Shown piece after piece: positions 49,185 to 59,017 of a DNA stretch of 64,000 bases. Made by a program: the position numbers and the translations under genes. The stretch is from contig CP045477.1 of NCBI GenBank assembly GCA_009392915.1, positions 384,001 to 448,000 on the forward strand. Direction: 5' to 3'. The first letter of the stretch is position 1, and each line of letters begins with the position of its first letter. The notes beneath the pieces were generated by a model that was given only the letters and a program-made list of their open reading frames with translations, made no database searches and was not told the DNA's origin. This stretch comes from Candidatus Forterrea multitransposorum CG_2015-17_Forterrea_25_41 (GTDB lineage: Archaea; Iainarchaeota; Iainarchaeia; Iainarchaeales; CSSED10-239).

Positions 49185-49697
49185 TTATTTTAAATAACTT
49201 TCAATATTTTTTAAATATTCTTTTGAAATTGATCTTTCAATTAACTTAATCTTTAAAAGAAAGTCTTTTTTAGATATTTTCTTTTCAAAGTATAAAAACA
49301 ACATAAATTCAATAATATTTGAAACTAGTATATTATTTTTTTTACAAAAATCATAAGGTCTTCCATTATCAATAAAAGATATATATCCTTTCTCTAAAGA
49401 TAAAGCAATACAGAATATTTCTCCAGAATTTTTTGAAACTTGACTTTCAAGCTCTTTTGAAACCTTTAAAGGATCTTTAATTATTATTATTTCTTTTTTT
49501 TTAAGTCTTCTATACTCTCTAACATCTAATGGTATAAAAACCTTATACTTAAAAGATTCAAAGAAAGTAAGTTCAGCTTCAACTTTTGAAGGAAATATAA
49601 TTTTAGAATAATATTCTAAAAATATATCTAAAAGATCTACTTTAACCAAATGTATCCAAAAGGAAGTATCTACTATAGCTATAGAGGCGTCTTTCAT
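49185..49697 (-). CDS. PIN-domain protein (DUF3368-like), candidate toxin
   Basis: IAIVDTSFWIHLVKVDLLDIFLEYYSKIIFPSKVEAEL matches the DUF3368 N-terminal signature (vvDtSpLI.L..i..ldlL......v.iP..V..El). Confidence 0.5.
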   Translation of the reverse strand: MKDASIAIVDTSFWIHLVKVDLLDIFLEYYSKIIFPSKVEAELTFFESFKYKVFIPLDVREYRRLKKKEIIIIKDPLKVSKELESQVSKNSGEIFCIALSLEKGYISFIDNGRPYDFCKKNNILVSNIIEFMLFLYFEKKISKKDFLLKIKLIERSISKEYLKNIESYLK

Positions 49698-49752
49698 ATA
49701 TTATATATAGACCAAAAAGTATTTAAATGTATTACATAGTAATACGCATCAA

Positions 49753-50391
49753 TTAAATTTTTAATTTGTTTTTATCAACAATCTTAGATAAAAGAACAGA
49801 GTCTTTCTTTTCATAAAATTCAAAAGCATCTAAAATATCTAAATAAACATTTTCTAAAATATTGTTTGCAGTCTTTTTTGAAATCTTTTTAGTTTTATTT
49901 AATTTTTTTAAAAAAGAGATTACATCTTTAATGTCCTTACTTATATTTTTTTCATTAAAATTATTAAATTTAATAGTAAGGTCTTTTAATTTTAAAAAAT
50001 CTTTATCAACTTTGATAAATACAACTTCTTTTTTATTTACTTCTTTAAAAAACTTATAATGTTTCTTTAAAAAATCATAAATATCTTTATCAATTATGCT
50101 TTCTTGTATAAAATGTTTCTTATGATTTAATTTAGAGTATACAAAATGCTCTAAGAAACTATTTGTTTTACCTTCTTTTTTAAGAAGTAAAAGTAAATAG
50201 AAATAAATATGAAAGATACTATTTGAATAAAGATTATGCTTTTCACAATAGACTTTAACATAATTAAAAAAAGAATCTAAATCGTTTTTTAAAAGAAGTT
50301 TTAAAGATTTAGAAATAAACTCATCATTAATGTAAGAAGGTTTCTTAAAGTATTTTTTTAAAGTTAAATTATTTTTTAATTTTAAAAGCAT
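49753..50391 (-). CDS. Hypothetical protein
   Basis: A 212-aa ORF with no motif. Confidence 0.3.
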   Translation of the reverse strand: MLLKLKNNLTLKKYFKKPSYINDEFISKSLKLLLKNDLDSFFNYVKVYCEKHNLYSNSIFHIYFYLLLLLKKEGKTNSFLEHFVYSKLNHKKHFIQESIIDKDIYDFLKKHYKFFKEVNKKEVVFIKVDKDFLKLKDLTIKFNNFNEKNISKDIKDVISFLKKLNKTKKISKKTANNILENVYLDILDAFEFYEKKDSVLLSKIVDKNKLKI

Positions 50392-50518
50392 AATTTATCA
50401 CTAATTAACATATATATTATATACATGTCCTTTTTAAATACATATTTTTTATTAATTTCAAACCAAATAAAATAAATATAAAAAAAGAGATAAAATATAA
50501 TATCAAGGAGGGATCTTT

Positions 50519-51175
50519 TTGGAGTATGATAAAGAAAAAATGGAAAAGGCAAATAATTTAGTTAAAATACTAGAAAAAAAAGAAATACCTATTGAAATAA
50601 CTAATTTTAAAGAAGAAACTATTAAAGAGTTAAATAATTTCTACAATTACAACATAAACCCTGATTTTAAAATCATTCTTTTAGATAAAAGAGAAGAGTT
50701 TGATATTATTTCTGGAGAAAAAACCAAAGATTGGATGATTGGTAGAACCATATATGTAATTGGAAAAATAATAATATTTAACATAGATGCAGTTGAAAGA
50801 GAAACAAATCACAAAAAAGAAGATTTTTATAAAACTTTAAAACATGAAATTGCACATCTTTATTTTTTTAAAATAAGCTCTAAAGGTCACCCTAAATGGT
50901 TAAATGAAGGAATGGGATATTTTCTTGCAAAACAAGACTATAAAGATCTTCCTTTAGAACAAGCAGTTGAAGCAATAGATCAATTTAATAGCTTTGATGG
51001 AAAACATTATCCACATAGTGCAAAATTAGTAAGATTACTAATAGAAAAATATGGAAAAGAAAAAATTATTGAATTAATTAACTCTTGGTACTATAAAAGA
51101 GATGAGTTTGAAAATAATTTTAAAGAGATATATGGTTTTAAGTTTACAAAAGAAGAGCTTATTAAAAATCTTTAA
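50519..51175 (+). CDS. Hypothetical HExxH protein (zincin-like metallopeptidase fold candidate)
   Basis: LKHEIAHLYFF...WLNEGMGYF has HExxH plus a downstream Glu. Confidence 0.35.
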   Translation: MEYDKEKMEKANNLVKILEKKEIPIEITNFKEETIKELNNFYNYNINPDFKIILLDKREEFDIISGEKTKDWMIGRTIYVIGKIIIFNIDAVERETNHKKEDFYKTLKHEIAHLYFFKISSKGHPKWLNEGMGYFLAKQDYKDLPLEQAVEAIDQFNSFDGKHYPHSAKLVRLLIEKYGKEKIIELINSWYYKRDEFENNFKEIYGFKFTKEELIKNL

Positions 51176-51768
51176 TATTGTCTAATCTTATCAATATTAA
51201 GCTCCATAGTTACCTTATGAACCTCTTCTGTTAATTCCATATCTTTTAAAAGATATTTTTCAATAGAGGCATAGTCTTTCTTATGACAAAGCTCTGCAAC
51301 CATAGATCCATCAATATCATCTATTAAAGAAACACCAATAGCTTCTCCAAACTCTTTTAAGGTTCCTCTGCTTTTACCATATCTAAAACAAGTAATATAA
51401 TCTCTTAAGTCAAGTATTTCTTTTAAAGAAAAATGTTGTATCTTTACTCTATTAATAAAGCTTCTTGTAACTAGAAAAGAAATATCAAAACTTTTAATAT
51501 TAAAACCAACTATTCTAAAGACAGGATATTTTGTTTTAAAATCTTTAAAGTAGTTCCAGAACTTTTCTAAAAGTTCTTTTTCATTCTCTCCAATTAAAAT
51601 AACTGAATCTTTATCTTTTTCTTTAAGACCAATAGCTATAACTTTTGAATCAACTGGGTTAATTAGCTTTTGTCTTTCCTCTTCCTCTTTTTCAAAATAA
51701 CCATCAAAGGTAACAGGACAGGTTTCAATATCTAAATATAAGTAGTTCATATAGATATATGGTAGCAA
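51172..51768 (-). CDS. Predicted 3'-5' exonuclease related to the PolB exonuclease domain (DEDDy); real start probably ATG at 51750
   Basis: Exo I is YLYLDIETCP, Exo II is IVGFNIKSFDISFL and Exo III is YLLKDMELT. The track start is a TTG; an in-frame ATG lies 6 codons downstream. Confidence 0.55.
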   Translation of the reverse strand: MLPYIYMNYLYLDIETCPVTFDGYFEKEEEERQKLINPVDSKVIAIGLKEKDKDSVILIGENEKELLEKFWNYFKDFKTKYPVFRIVGFNIKSFDISFLVTRSFINRVKIQHFSLKEILDLRDYITCFRYGKSRGTLKEFGEAIGVSLIDDIDGSMVAELCHKKDYASIEKYLLKDMELTEEVHKVTMELNIDKIRQY

Positions 51769-51788
51769 AAATATATATCTTTATCTAA

Positions 51789-51811
51789 AGAGGGTATCTG
51801 GCCGAAGAAAG
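51789..51811. promoter_or_regulatory. Copy 4 (variant) of the recurrent motif, AGAGGGTATCTGGCCGAAGAAAG, about 40 bp upstream of the PolB-like exonuclease gene
   Basis: Same CTAAAGAGGGTA prefix as copy 1 and the same TGGCCGA(A)GAAA core. An ATATATATTTTT TATA-like element lies between the motif and the start. Confidence 0.4.
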
Positions 51812-51815
51812 CTAT

Positions 51816-52352
51816 TTACACTTCTAAAAAATAAAAACAAAGATAATTTTCTTTTTCTTTTTTTCTCTTTACAAACTTAAAATTATTCTTTAAAATATTT
51901 ATTTTACTAAAAATATTCTTAGGGTTTACAGTAATTAATATCTTTTTACAACCTTTCTTCTTTAATATTTCAATTCTTTTCTTTATAAAAAAGTCCTGTA
52001 TTCCTTGTCCTCTATATTTAACATCTACAGCAGTTCCAAAAAGAAAAGCAGATTTTAACCCTTCTTTTTTTGAAATATTATATTTTTCAAAATCTTTTTT
52101 TACAGGAAAAAGATATCCACACCAAGAAATAATCTTATCTTTATCTAAAAGAAGTAAAAGTTTTCCTTTTTTTAATTTTCTTTCAAAATTTTCTTTACTA
52201 TGTAAAGGATAAAAATCTATAGTTGTTGTTTTTGCTATTCTTTTATCAAATAAACAAAGTGAAGGAATATCTTTTTTATTTGCAAACCTAAGTTTATATT
52301 TTTTTGAAATCATAATATCATAAATTACATGTATTTTAAATAATATATACAA
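51816..52352 (-). CDS. GNAT N-acetyltransferase
   Basis: Motif A is VKYRGQGIQDFFIKKRIEILKKKG. Confidence 0.55.
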   Translation of the reverse strand: MYILFKIHVIYDIMISKKYKLRFANKKDIPSLCLFDKRIAKTTTIDFYPLHSKENFERKLKKGKLLLLLDKDKIISWCGYLFPVKKDFEKYNISKKEGLKSAFLFGTAVDVKYRGQGIQDFFIKKRIEILKKKGCKKILITVNPKNIFSKINILKNNFKFVKRKKEKENYLCFYFLEV

Positions 52353-52490
52353 AAGCTATATTTTTAAACAAATCTATTTAAATAAATATATATGAAGTAA
52401 CTACTTTATAATTTATAAAAAAAGTTTTCTTTATTTATATTTTTCTTTTTAAGAGAAGAAGACTTTAAAAAAATACAAAAAAACATATTT

Positions 52491-54314
52491 ATGAGTGAAA
52501 CTAAAGAAAAAACAAAAAAAGTTTCTTACAAAGAAAGAATAAAAACTTTAAAGTTAATCTTAAAGTGGTCCTATAAGTCATCTCCTTCAATATTTATAGG
52601 TGTAATTCTTTTAACAATTGTAAGTGGACTTTTAGTTGTTGTAACTCCATATGTCTACAAAATCTTAATAGATTACTTAACAACCTTAGACCTTACAACA
52701 ACAATAAAAGTGACTTCTTCTATAATATTTTTATTAATCTTATATCTTCTAACTATCTTTGGAGTTTATTTTTTCAATGAAATGAACTATCTTCTAAGAA
52801 CTAAAATGTCTTTAAGAATAGAAAAATATGCAAGTAGAAAGTTAATGGAAAAAACAACTTCTCTTGATTTAGAATATTTTGAAGATTCTGAGTTTTATGA
52901 TAGTTTATATAAAGCAAATCAAGTAATTGGACAAACACCAGGAATTTTAAGAGACTTTGTTTCAGTTTTTAGATTTTTAATAGCATCAGCTGCAATATTA
53001 ATCTCTTTAATTGTATATGATATAAAAATAGCTATACTTGTTTTAATAGGAACAATTCCAACATTATTAGTTTCTTTAAAATATGTAAATGTAAATTATA
53101 TGGTGTTTTCTTCAAACTCAAAAGAAAAAAGAAAAGCAAAATATTATCTTAATTTAATAAATACAGATAAAAAGTCTGTTAAAGAAATAAAACTATTCTC
53201 ACTTAAAAATACTTTTTTAAACAAATTTGAAGAACTTTTCAAAAGTGCAATAAAAAGACAAGATAAAGCAATCAACAAACACATGTTACTTGTATCTTTA
53301 AGTATTCTCTTTAACATGGCTGCAATGGTTTTTGCTTTAATAATTTCTATAAACCTATTTATTAAAGGACAAATAACCATAGGAACTATAGTTTTCTTAT
53401 TTGCTTTAATTACAGATTTTTCATATAATGTAAGTGTTCTTTTTGAATTATTTGGATATCTTAACACTTCAGTAACAGAATCAAATAGTTTAAGAGAAGT
53501 CTTAGTCTATAAACAAAAAATGATAACAAACAAGAGAAAAGTTTTCCCAAAGAAACTAAAACAAGGAATTACTTTTAAAGATGTATATTTTAAATATCCA
53601 AAAACAGAAAAATATGTTTTAAAAGATATAAACCTTACAATTAAGCCAGGGGAAAATATAGCTATTGTTGGAGAGAATGGCTCAGGAAAAACAACCTTTA
53701 TTAAACTTCTAACAAGGCTTTATGATACTTCTAAAGGAAATATCTTAATTGAAAATAAAGATTTAAAAGATTATAATTTATCAGAGATTCATAAAAACAT
53801 AGGTGTTATCTTTCAAGACTTTGTACAATATGAAGTAACTGTTAAAGAAAACATACATTTTGGAAATATTACAAAATCACCTAAAAATATTCAAGACTCA
53901 GCAGTAAAATCAGGAGCTCATAACTTTATAAAAGACTTTGATAAAAGATATTTAGAAAATTTAGGAAGAACCATTGAAAAAGATGGAAAAGAACTATCTG
54001 GTGGACAATGGCAAAAAATAGCTCTTGCAAGAGCTTTCTTTAAAGATTCAAAGATACTTATCTTAGATGAACCAACAGCTGCAATTGATGCAAAAGCTGA
54101 ATATGAGTTATTTAAAAGATTTAAAGCTTTAACCAAAAATAAAACAACTATCCTTATCTCTCATAGATTTTCAACTGTGAGAATGGCTGATAGAATCATT
54201 GTTATGGATAAGGGTAAAATTGTTGAAGAGGGTAGCCATAAAGAACTTATGGAAAAGAAAGGTGTCTACCATAACTTATTTACTCTTCAGGCTAAAGGAT
54301 ATGATATAGAATAA
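52491..54314 (+). CDS. ABC exporter, fused transmembrane and ATP-binding domains (MsbA/ABCB-like)
   Basis: Six TM helices are followed by the NBD. Walker A is GENGSGKTT, the signature is LSGGQWQKIALARAF and Walker B is ILILDEPTAAID. Confidence 0.9.
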   Translation: MSETKEKTKKVSYKERIKTLKLILKWSYKSSPSIFIGVILLTIVSGLLVVVTPYVYKILIDYLTTLDLTTTIKVTSSIIFLLILYLLTIFGVYFFNEMNYLLRTKMSLRIEKYASRKLMEKTTSLDLEYFEDSEFYDSLYKANQVIGQTPGILRDFVSVFRFLIASAAILISLIVYDIKIAILVLIGTIPTLLVSLKYVNVNYMVFSSNSKEKRKAKYYLNLINTDKKSVKEIKLFSLKNTFLNKFEELFKSAIKRQDKAINKHMLLVSLSILFNMAAMVFALIISINLFIKGQITIGTIVFLFALITDFSYNVSVLFELFGYLNTSVTESNSLREVLVYKQKMITNKRKVFPKKLKQGITFKDVYFKYPKTEKYVLKDINLTIKPGENIAIVGENGSGKTTFIKLLTRLYDTSKGNILIENKDLKDYNLSEIHKNIGVIFQDFVQYEVTVKENIHFGNITKSPKNIQDSAVKSGAHNFIKDFDKRYLENLGRTIEKDGKELSGGQWQKIALARAFFKDSKILILDEPTAAIDAKAEYELFKRFKALTKNKTTILISHRFSTVRMADRIIVMDKGKIVEEGSHKELMEKKGVYHNLFTLQAKGYDIE

Positions 54315-54321
54315 TTAAAAG

Positions 54322-54391
54322 TCCCCTCAACCGGATTTGAACCGATTCTAAAAGGTCTACAGCCCTTTGTGCTATCATTACACCATGAGGG
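54322..54391 (-). tRNA. tRNA-Tyr (anticodon GTA), about 71 nt, CCA not encoded
   Basis: The minus-strand RC is CCCCTCA-TG-GTGT-AATGATA-GCAC-A-AAGGG-CTGTAGA-CCTTT-TAGA-ATCGG-TTCAAAT-CCGGT-TGAGGGG-A. Acceptor 7/7 bp, D-stem 4 bp, anticodon stem 5 bp (one G-U), T-loop TTCAAAT. Confidence 0.75.
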
Positions 54392-54892
54392 GTTTTTTCT
54401 TCTTTAATATTTCTTCTTTTTAAAAAAATAAAAAAAGAGGTCATCTTTTATCCTCTAAGTCTCACCATCTTCTTTCTCAAATCATCTGTATCCATAGCTA
54501 TGCTTATAAGGTTATTTTTTAAAAGCCTACTCAGGTTATGCCTAAGCGTTCTATCAGATATATTCAATGATTGATTTAATTGAGAAATAGAAATTGACTC
54601 ACGACTAGATAACTCTTCTAATATCTTTTTAGATGTTTTTGTAATAGGGACACTGGGTTTTTATCCTTTTAACATCACTTAAAACCCAACACCTTTTATC
54701 GTCGTTCATAAATAAGTAAATAAAGAGAAAAGCTTTTAAAGACAAAGAAAGTGGCAATTATTTAATTTTGTCCAAGAAATATAGAAATTACCTTTATAGA
54801 GAAAAATACATAAAGTTTATATATATTATGTTTATACTATATAAATATATTATATATATGAAAACTTATAAACAAACGAGGTAGACTTAAAA

Positions 54893-57400
54893 ATGAAAAA
54901 AATATTTTATATACTTATAATCTTTATGACTTTATTTTTTGCAGGAAATTTATTTGCATTCACACCAACATTTTATGTGGGAGACGGAGTAACAGGACAA
55001 GCAACTCAATGCCTTACTCCTAATTACAATACAATAACTGGAGCATTAGAAAATATTTATAGTAACAATATTCCAAATTCACTAATAATTCTTTGTGAAG
55101 GAACATATAAAGAAGATGTGTTTCTTTCAAGTGAACTTGGAATTACATTAATGGGAGAAAATGAAAATGTAATTCTTGAAGGATTAGATAATGAAAATAG
55201 TGTAATTTCTATTTTATATGGAAAAAAATTTTTTCTAAAAAATTTAAAAATTAATTCTGATTCACTATATGGAATTTTTTCAATACAATCAGAAAACATA
55301 AATCTAGAAGATATAGAAATTAATCTTTCTTCATCAACAATTAAAGATGAAAATTCATCAGGAATAAATTTTTCTTATTCAGATAATGTAACATTAAAAA
55401 ATAAAATAGAAATTAATGTTAGTTCTAAAGATAAAGATAAAATAACAGGAATTACAATTAATAATTCTCAAGTTAGTTTAGAAGCTGAAGATTTAATTAT
55501 AGAAAACTTATTTTCAACAAATAATTCAGCAATAATATATGGACTTGAGATTATAGATTCAGAAGTAGATTTAAAAGAAAATATTAAAATAAAAAATATC
55601 AGTGGACTTGAAGCAATTGGAATTTTAATAGATAATTCAGAAATTAATAATACATCTCAAATAAGTATTAATTCAGAGAAAATAGATTCAATGTCAATTT
55701 CTAAAGGAATAGAAATTAAAAATAATTCTCAAATTAATATTAATGGAGATACAATAATTAATCTATTAGAAATAGGTAATGGAAATTCAGAAGCTTATGG
55801 TTTATTTTTAGAAAATACCCAAATACCTTCTTTTGGAGAAATTAGTCTATATGATATTAGAGGAGATTATATTTCTAAAGGAATTTACATAAAAGATACT
55901 GATGCTTTCTTTATAAAAGAAATAATCTTTTCAGAGAATAAAACAAATGATCAAACAACTTTTGTTGAGATAATTAATTCATCAGGAGATATTTCAGAGA
56001 TATATGATTCAGAAGAATCTTTTACAAATTATTCTAATTTTAAATATATACATCTTAAAGAAAATTCAGATATTAGAATTAATAAATTTAATATATATAG
56101 TGGAGATGCTTTCCCTGAATGTTTATATATTGAAGAAAATTCAAAAATAGAAATTACAAATGGTAATTTTCAAAATTGTCTGACAGGTTCTATAAAAAAT
56201 AAAGATTCTCAAATAATATTAAAAGAGACAAATAATTTTAATGAAAATAAAATTATTTCTTTTCAAAGTAATGATTCTAAAATAGAAGTTTACAAACCAG
56301 TAAACTTAAGTTTTTATAAAAATGGAAATAAAATAAACTTAGATTTAATTAAATTTTATAATGAAGATGGATATTATACAAATATATTTTTACAAAATAA
56401 ATCAGATGTAAAAATTGATTTATTATACTATAAACTTGCTTTCAATAATGGTATTGCAGATACTAAAGAATACAAAAGTTATGGGATTAAAACAATTTAT
56501 GACAGAATAAATGAAAATCCAGAATATATTTCTCTTGAAGGATATCAAGAAAATAGTTATAATATAGAAACACAAGAAATGCCTACAGAATTTATTGAAA
56601 TGAGAGCAAAAGATGGTGAGGCAACAGAAACTTCTAACCACTTTTCAGTAGTTGAAAAAGAATGTAGTGTTATTAAAAGTAATACCTATAAATGTTATGA
56701 TATTAAAAAATCAGATTCAATTAATGGTACAGATTATGAAATTGATTTTAAAATACCTGTAAGTTGGATAATTGCAAATGAACTTAAAGGAGATAATATT
56801 TCTCTTTACCATTATGAAAATGGAAATTATAAAAAACTAAATACAGAAAAGAAAGAAATGATTAATAATTATCAAAAATATACTGCAAATATTGAATCAT
56901 TCTCAGAATTTAAGATTGGAGGAGAAGAAACAACTGAAGAAAGTTCATCTTCTCAAACAAATGATTCATCAAGTCAAGATACAACTACAAATAATGATAC
57001 AAATACAGTAGATCAAAATAACAATACACCAGAAACACCAGATCAAAATATTACAACACCAGAAACAATAGATGAAAATAAAGAATGTAATATCACTTGT
57101 GATCCTGTTTATGAATATTTAGACATTGATAATTGTGAATGTATAGATATATCAGATAGAGTAGGATGTAGAATAGAGTGTGGTCCAGGATATACAGTTG
57201 ATAGAGAAAATTGTGAATGTGTAGAAATTGTTCTTGAAGGTGTTAAAACAGGAATTAAATTCTTTAATGGTGTTCTTTATATAGTATTAATAATTGTTAT
57301 AATAATACTAAGTATAATAGTATTTAAAAAGAAAAAACCAAAAATGAGAAAAAATGATACCCACAATCCTAAAAATAAAAAAAACACTAGAAGAAAATAA
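54893..57400 (+). CDS. Large secreted/surface-anchored protein (N-terminal signal peptide, beta-helix-like Asn/Ser-rich repeats, Thr/Ser/Asn linker, Cys-rich module, C-terminal TM anchor plus basic tail)
   Basis: The signal is MKKIFYILIIFMTLFFAGNLFA. Many NxS/T sequons and repeated I-N-N-S-x-I segments follow. The C-terminus has CNITCDPV...CECIDI...CRIECGPGY...CECVE, then a TM helix and KKKKPKMRK. Confidence 0.55.
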   Translation: MKKIFYILIIFMTLFFAGNLFAFTPTFYVGDGVTGQATQCLTPNYNTITGALENIYSNNIPNSLIILCEGTYKEDVFLSSELGITLMGENENVILEGLDNENSVISILYGKKFFLKNLKINSDSLYGIFSIQSENINLEDIEINLSSSTIKDENSSGINFSYSDNVTLKNKIEINVSSKDKDKITGITINNSQVSLEAEDLIIENLFSTNNSAIIYGLEIIDSEVDLKENIKIKNISGLEAIGILIDNSEINNTSQISINSEKIDSMSISKGIEIKNNSQININGDTIINLLEIGNGNSEAYGLFLENTQIPSFGEISLYDIRGDYISKGIYIKDTDAFFIKEIIFSENKTNDQTTFVEIINSSGDISEIYDSEESFTNYSNFKYIHLKENSDIRINKFNIYSGDAFPECLYIEENSKIEITNGNFQNCLTGSIKNKDSQIILKETNNFNENKIISFQSNDSKIEVYKPVNLSFYKNGNKINLDLIKFYNEDGYYTNIFLQNKSDVKIDLLYYKLAFNNGIADTKEYKSYGIKTIYDRINENPEYISLEGYQENSYNIETQEMPTEFIEMRAKDGEATETSNHFSVVEKECSVIKSNTYKCYDIKKSDSINGTDYEIDFKIPVSWIIANELKGDNISLYHYENGNYKKLNTEKKEMINNYQKYTANIESFSEFKIGGEETTEESSSSQTNDSSSQDTTTNNDTNTVDQNNNTPETPDQNITTPETIDENKECNITCDPVYEYLDIDNCECIDISDRVGCRIECGPGYTVDRENCECVEIVLEGVKTGIKFFNGVLYIVLIIVIIILSIIVFKKKKPKMRKNDTHNPKNKKNTRRK

Positions 57401-57791
57401 TATTAATTATTTTCTTTCTGGTGGATCTTCTCTTTTTTTAAGAAAAATAATTAAGAATACTAAGGATATTGATTTTTCTATAAAAGAAGAAGATTTAAAA
57501 AAAGCAAAAGAAGCTTTTAAAGAAGAAAAACTTTTAACTTCTAATAAAAAAGCAATTACATTCTATAAAGATGGATTTGAAATAGAACTACTTTTAACTT
57601 CTGAAAAAACAGATAAACTTTCAAATGATATTCTAGAAAAAAAGCTTTTTGATAAAATTAAGATTAAAAATGAAGAAATTAATTTAATTTCTTTAAAAAA
57701 TCTTCTTTCAATATATAGGTTTGTTTACTTAAGAGATGGTAAAGAAAAACATTTTGAAAGAATAAAGCTTATTGAAAAGTTATTAAAATAA
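57354..57791 (+). CDS. Minimal nucleotidyltransferase (Pol-beta superfamily)-like small protein
   Basis: YFLSGGSSLFLRKIIKNTKDIDFSI resembles the GS...D[IL]D NTase motif. The track start overlaps the upstream gene; the real start may be downstream. Confidence 0.3.
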   Translation: MIPTILKIKKTLEENNINYFLSGGSSLFLRKIIKNTKDIDFSIKEEDLKKAKEAFKEEKLLTSNKKAITFYKDGFEIELLLTSEKTDKLSNDILEKKLFDKIKIKNEEINLISLKNLLSIYRFVYLRDGKEKHFERIKLIEKLLK

Positions 57792-57893
57792 TATTTTTAT
57801 TTGTATAATTATGCAAGTGTTTAAAAACCTTTTCTTACATAATTATATTACTTATTCTTAATAATTAACAAAAAAAATAAAAGGTGATTTAAA

Positions 57894-58544
57894 ATGACAG
57901 AAAATAGTTTTCCTTTAATAGGAGATAACTTACCAGAAATGAAAGTTCAAACAACCATGGGAGAAAAAAACTTACCAGTTGATTACAAAGGTAAATGGAT
58001 TGTTTTATTCAGTCATCCAGCAGACTTTACTCCTGTTTGTACAACAGAATTTTATTCTTTTGCAAAGAAAAAAGAAGAATTTGATAAAATAAATACAGAG
58101 CTTTTAGGTCTTTCAATGGATCAAGTTTTTTCACACATTAAATGGGCTGAATGGATAAAAGATAATTTAGATCAAGAAATAAATTTTCCAATAATTGCAG
58201 ATCACGGACAAATTGCAACTAAATTAGGTATGCTTCATCCAAGTAAAGGAACAAATACAGTTAGAGCAGTTTTTATAATTGACCCTAAAGGAATTATAAG
58301 ACTTATAATGTACTACCCACAAGAAATTGGAAGAAATGTAGATGAGATTATAAGAAGTATAAAAGCTTTACAATATGCAGATAAACATAATGTAGCAATG
58401 CCTGAAAACTGGCCAAACCACCCTTTATTAAAAGATAAAGTAATTGTTCCTCCTGCAAAAGATGTTCAAACTGCAGAAAAAAGAAAAGAAGAATATAAAG
58501 ATTCTTGCTATGACTGGTGGCTTTGCTATAAAGACATGGAATAG
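57894..58544 (+). CDS. Peroxiredoxin (AhpC/TSA family, archaeal Prx6-like)
   Basis: The peroxidatic Cys motif is DFTPVCTTE. It has the Prx fold length, and a C-terminal CYDWWLC. Confidence 0.9.
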   Translation: MTENSFPLIGDNLPEMKVQTTMGEKNLPVDYKGKWIVLFSHPADFTPVCTTEFYSFAKKKEEFDKINTELLGLSMDQVFSHIKWAEWIKDNLDQEINFPIIADHGQIATKLGMLHPSKGTNTVRAVFIIDPKGIIRLIMYYPQEIGRNVDEIIRSIKALQYADKHNVAMPENWPNHPLLKDKVIVPPAKDVQTAEKRKEEYKDSCYDWWLCYKDME

Positions 58545-58573
58545 TTAAAAAAATATAAAACAAAGATTTCCAT

Positions 58574-59017
58574 ATGAGATATTTAATAAAGATATTTAAA
58601 AGTAATTATTGCAAAATAGTTTTTTTAATATCTTTATTTTTATCTTATCTTCTTTTACCTAAAAACATTCTATCTTCATGGTATTTAATTTTTGGAATAC
58701 TTTTTATGATTACAATATCTTTAACCATAACTTGCCTGGTTAGAAATATTAAAGAAAAAATAGTTATTGCAAGAACTTATAAAAACTCAATAATTAATAT
58801 TATTCTTACAGTTCTAGGAATTTCTGCACTTCAAGTATGCGGTATTGGAGCCCCTGTTTGTGCAGCAACTGTTTCAGCTGGATTTCTTGGAACTATTTTT
58901 CCAAGTTTATTTTTAAATTTAAGTAAAGATTTTACAATTATTATAATTATTCTTTCAATAGGAATACAAATATTTTCTTTATACTCAATGAAATGTTTTA
59001 AAGTCTGTTCTAAATAA
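58574..59017 (+). CDS. Hypothetical polytopic membrane protein
   Basis: Four predicted TM helices and no motif. Confidence 0.35.
   Translation: MRYLIKIFKSNYCKIVFLISLFLSYLLLPKNILSSWYLIFGILFMITISLTITCLVRNIKEKIVIARTYKNSIINIILTVLGISALQVCGIGAPVCAATVSAGFLGTIFPSLFLNLSKDFTIIIIILSIGIQIFSLYSMKCFKVCSK

Noticed and set aside
26161-54760. Shared 14-mer gaaagtggcaatta at 26166 and 54744
   Set aside because: Too short and AT-rich to distinguish from chance, and there is no consistent positional relationship to genes.
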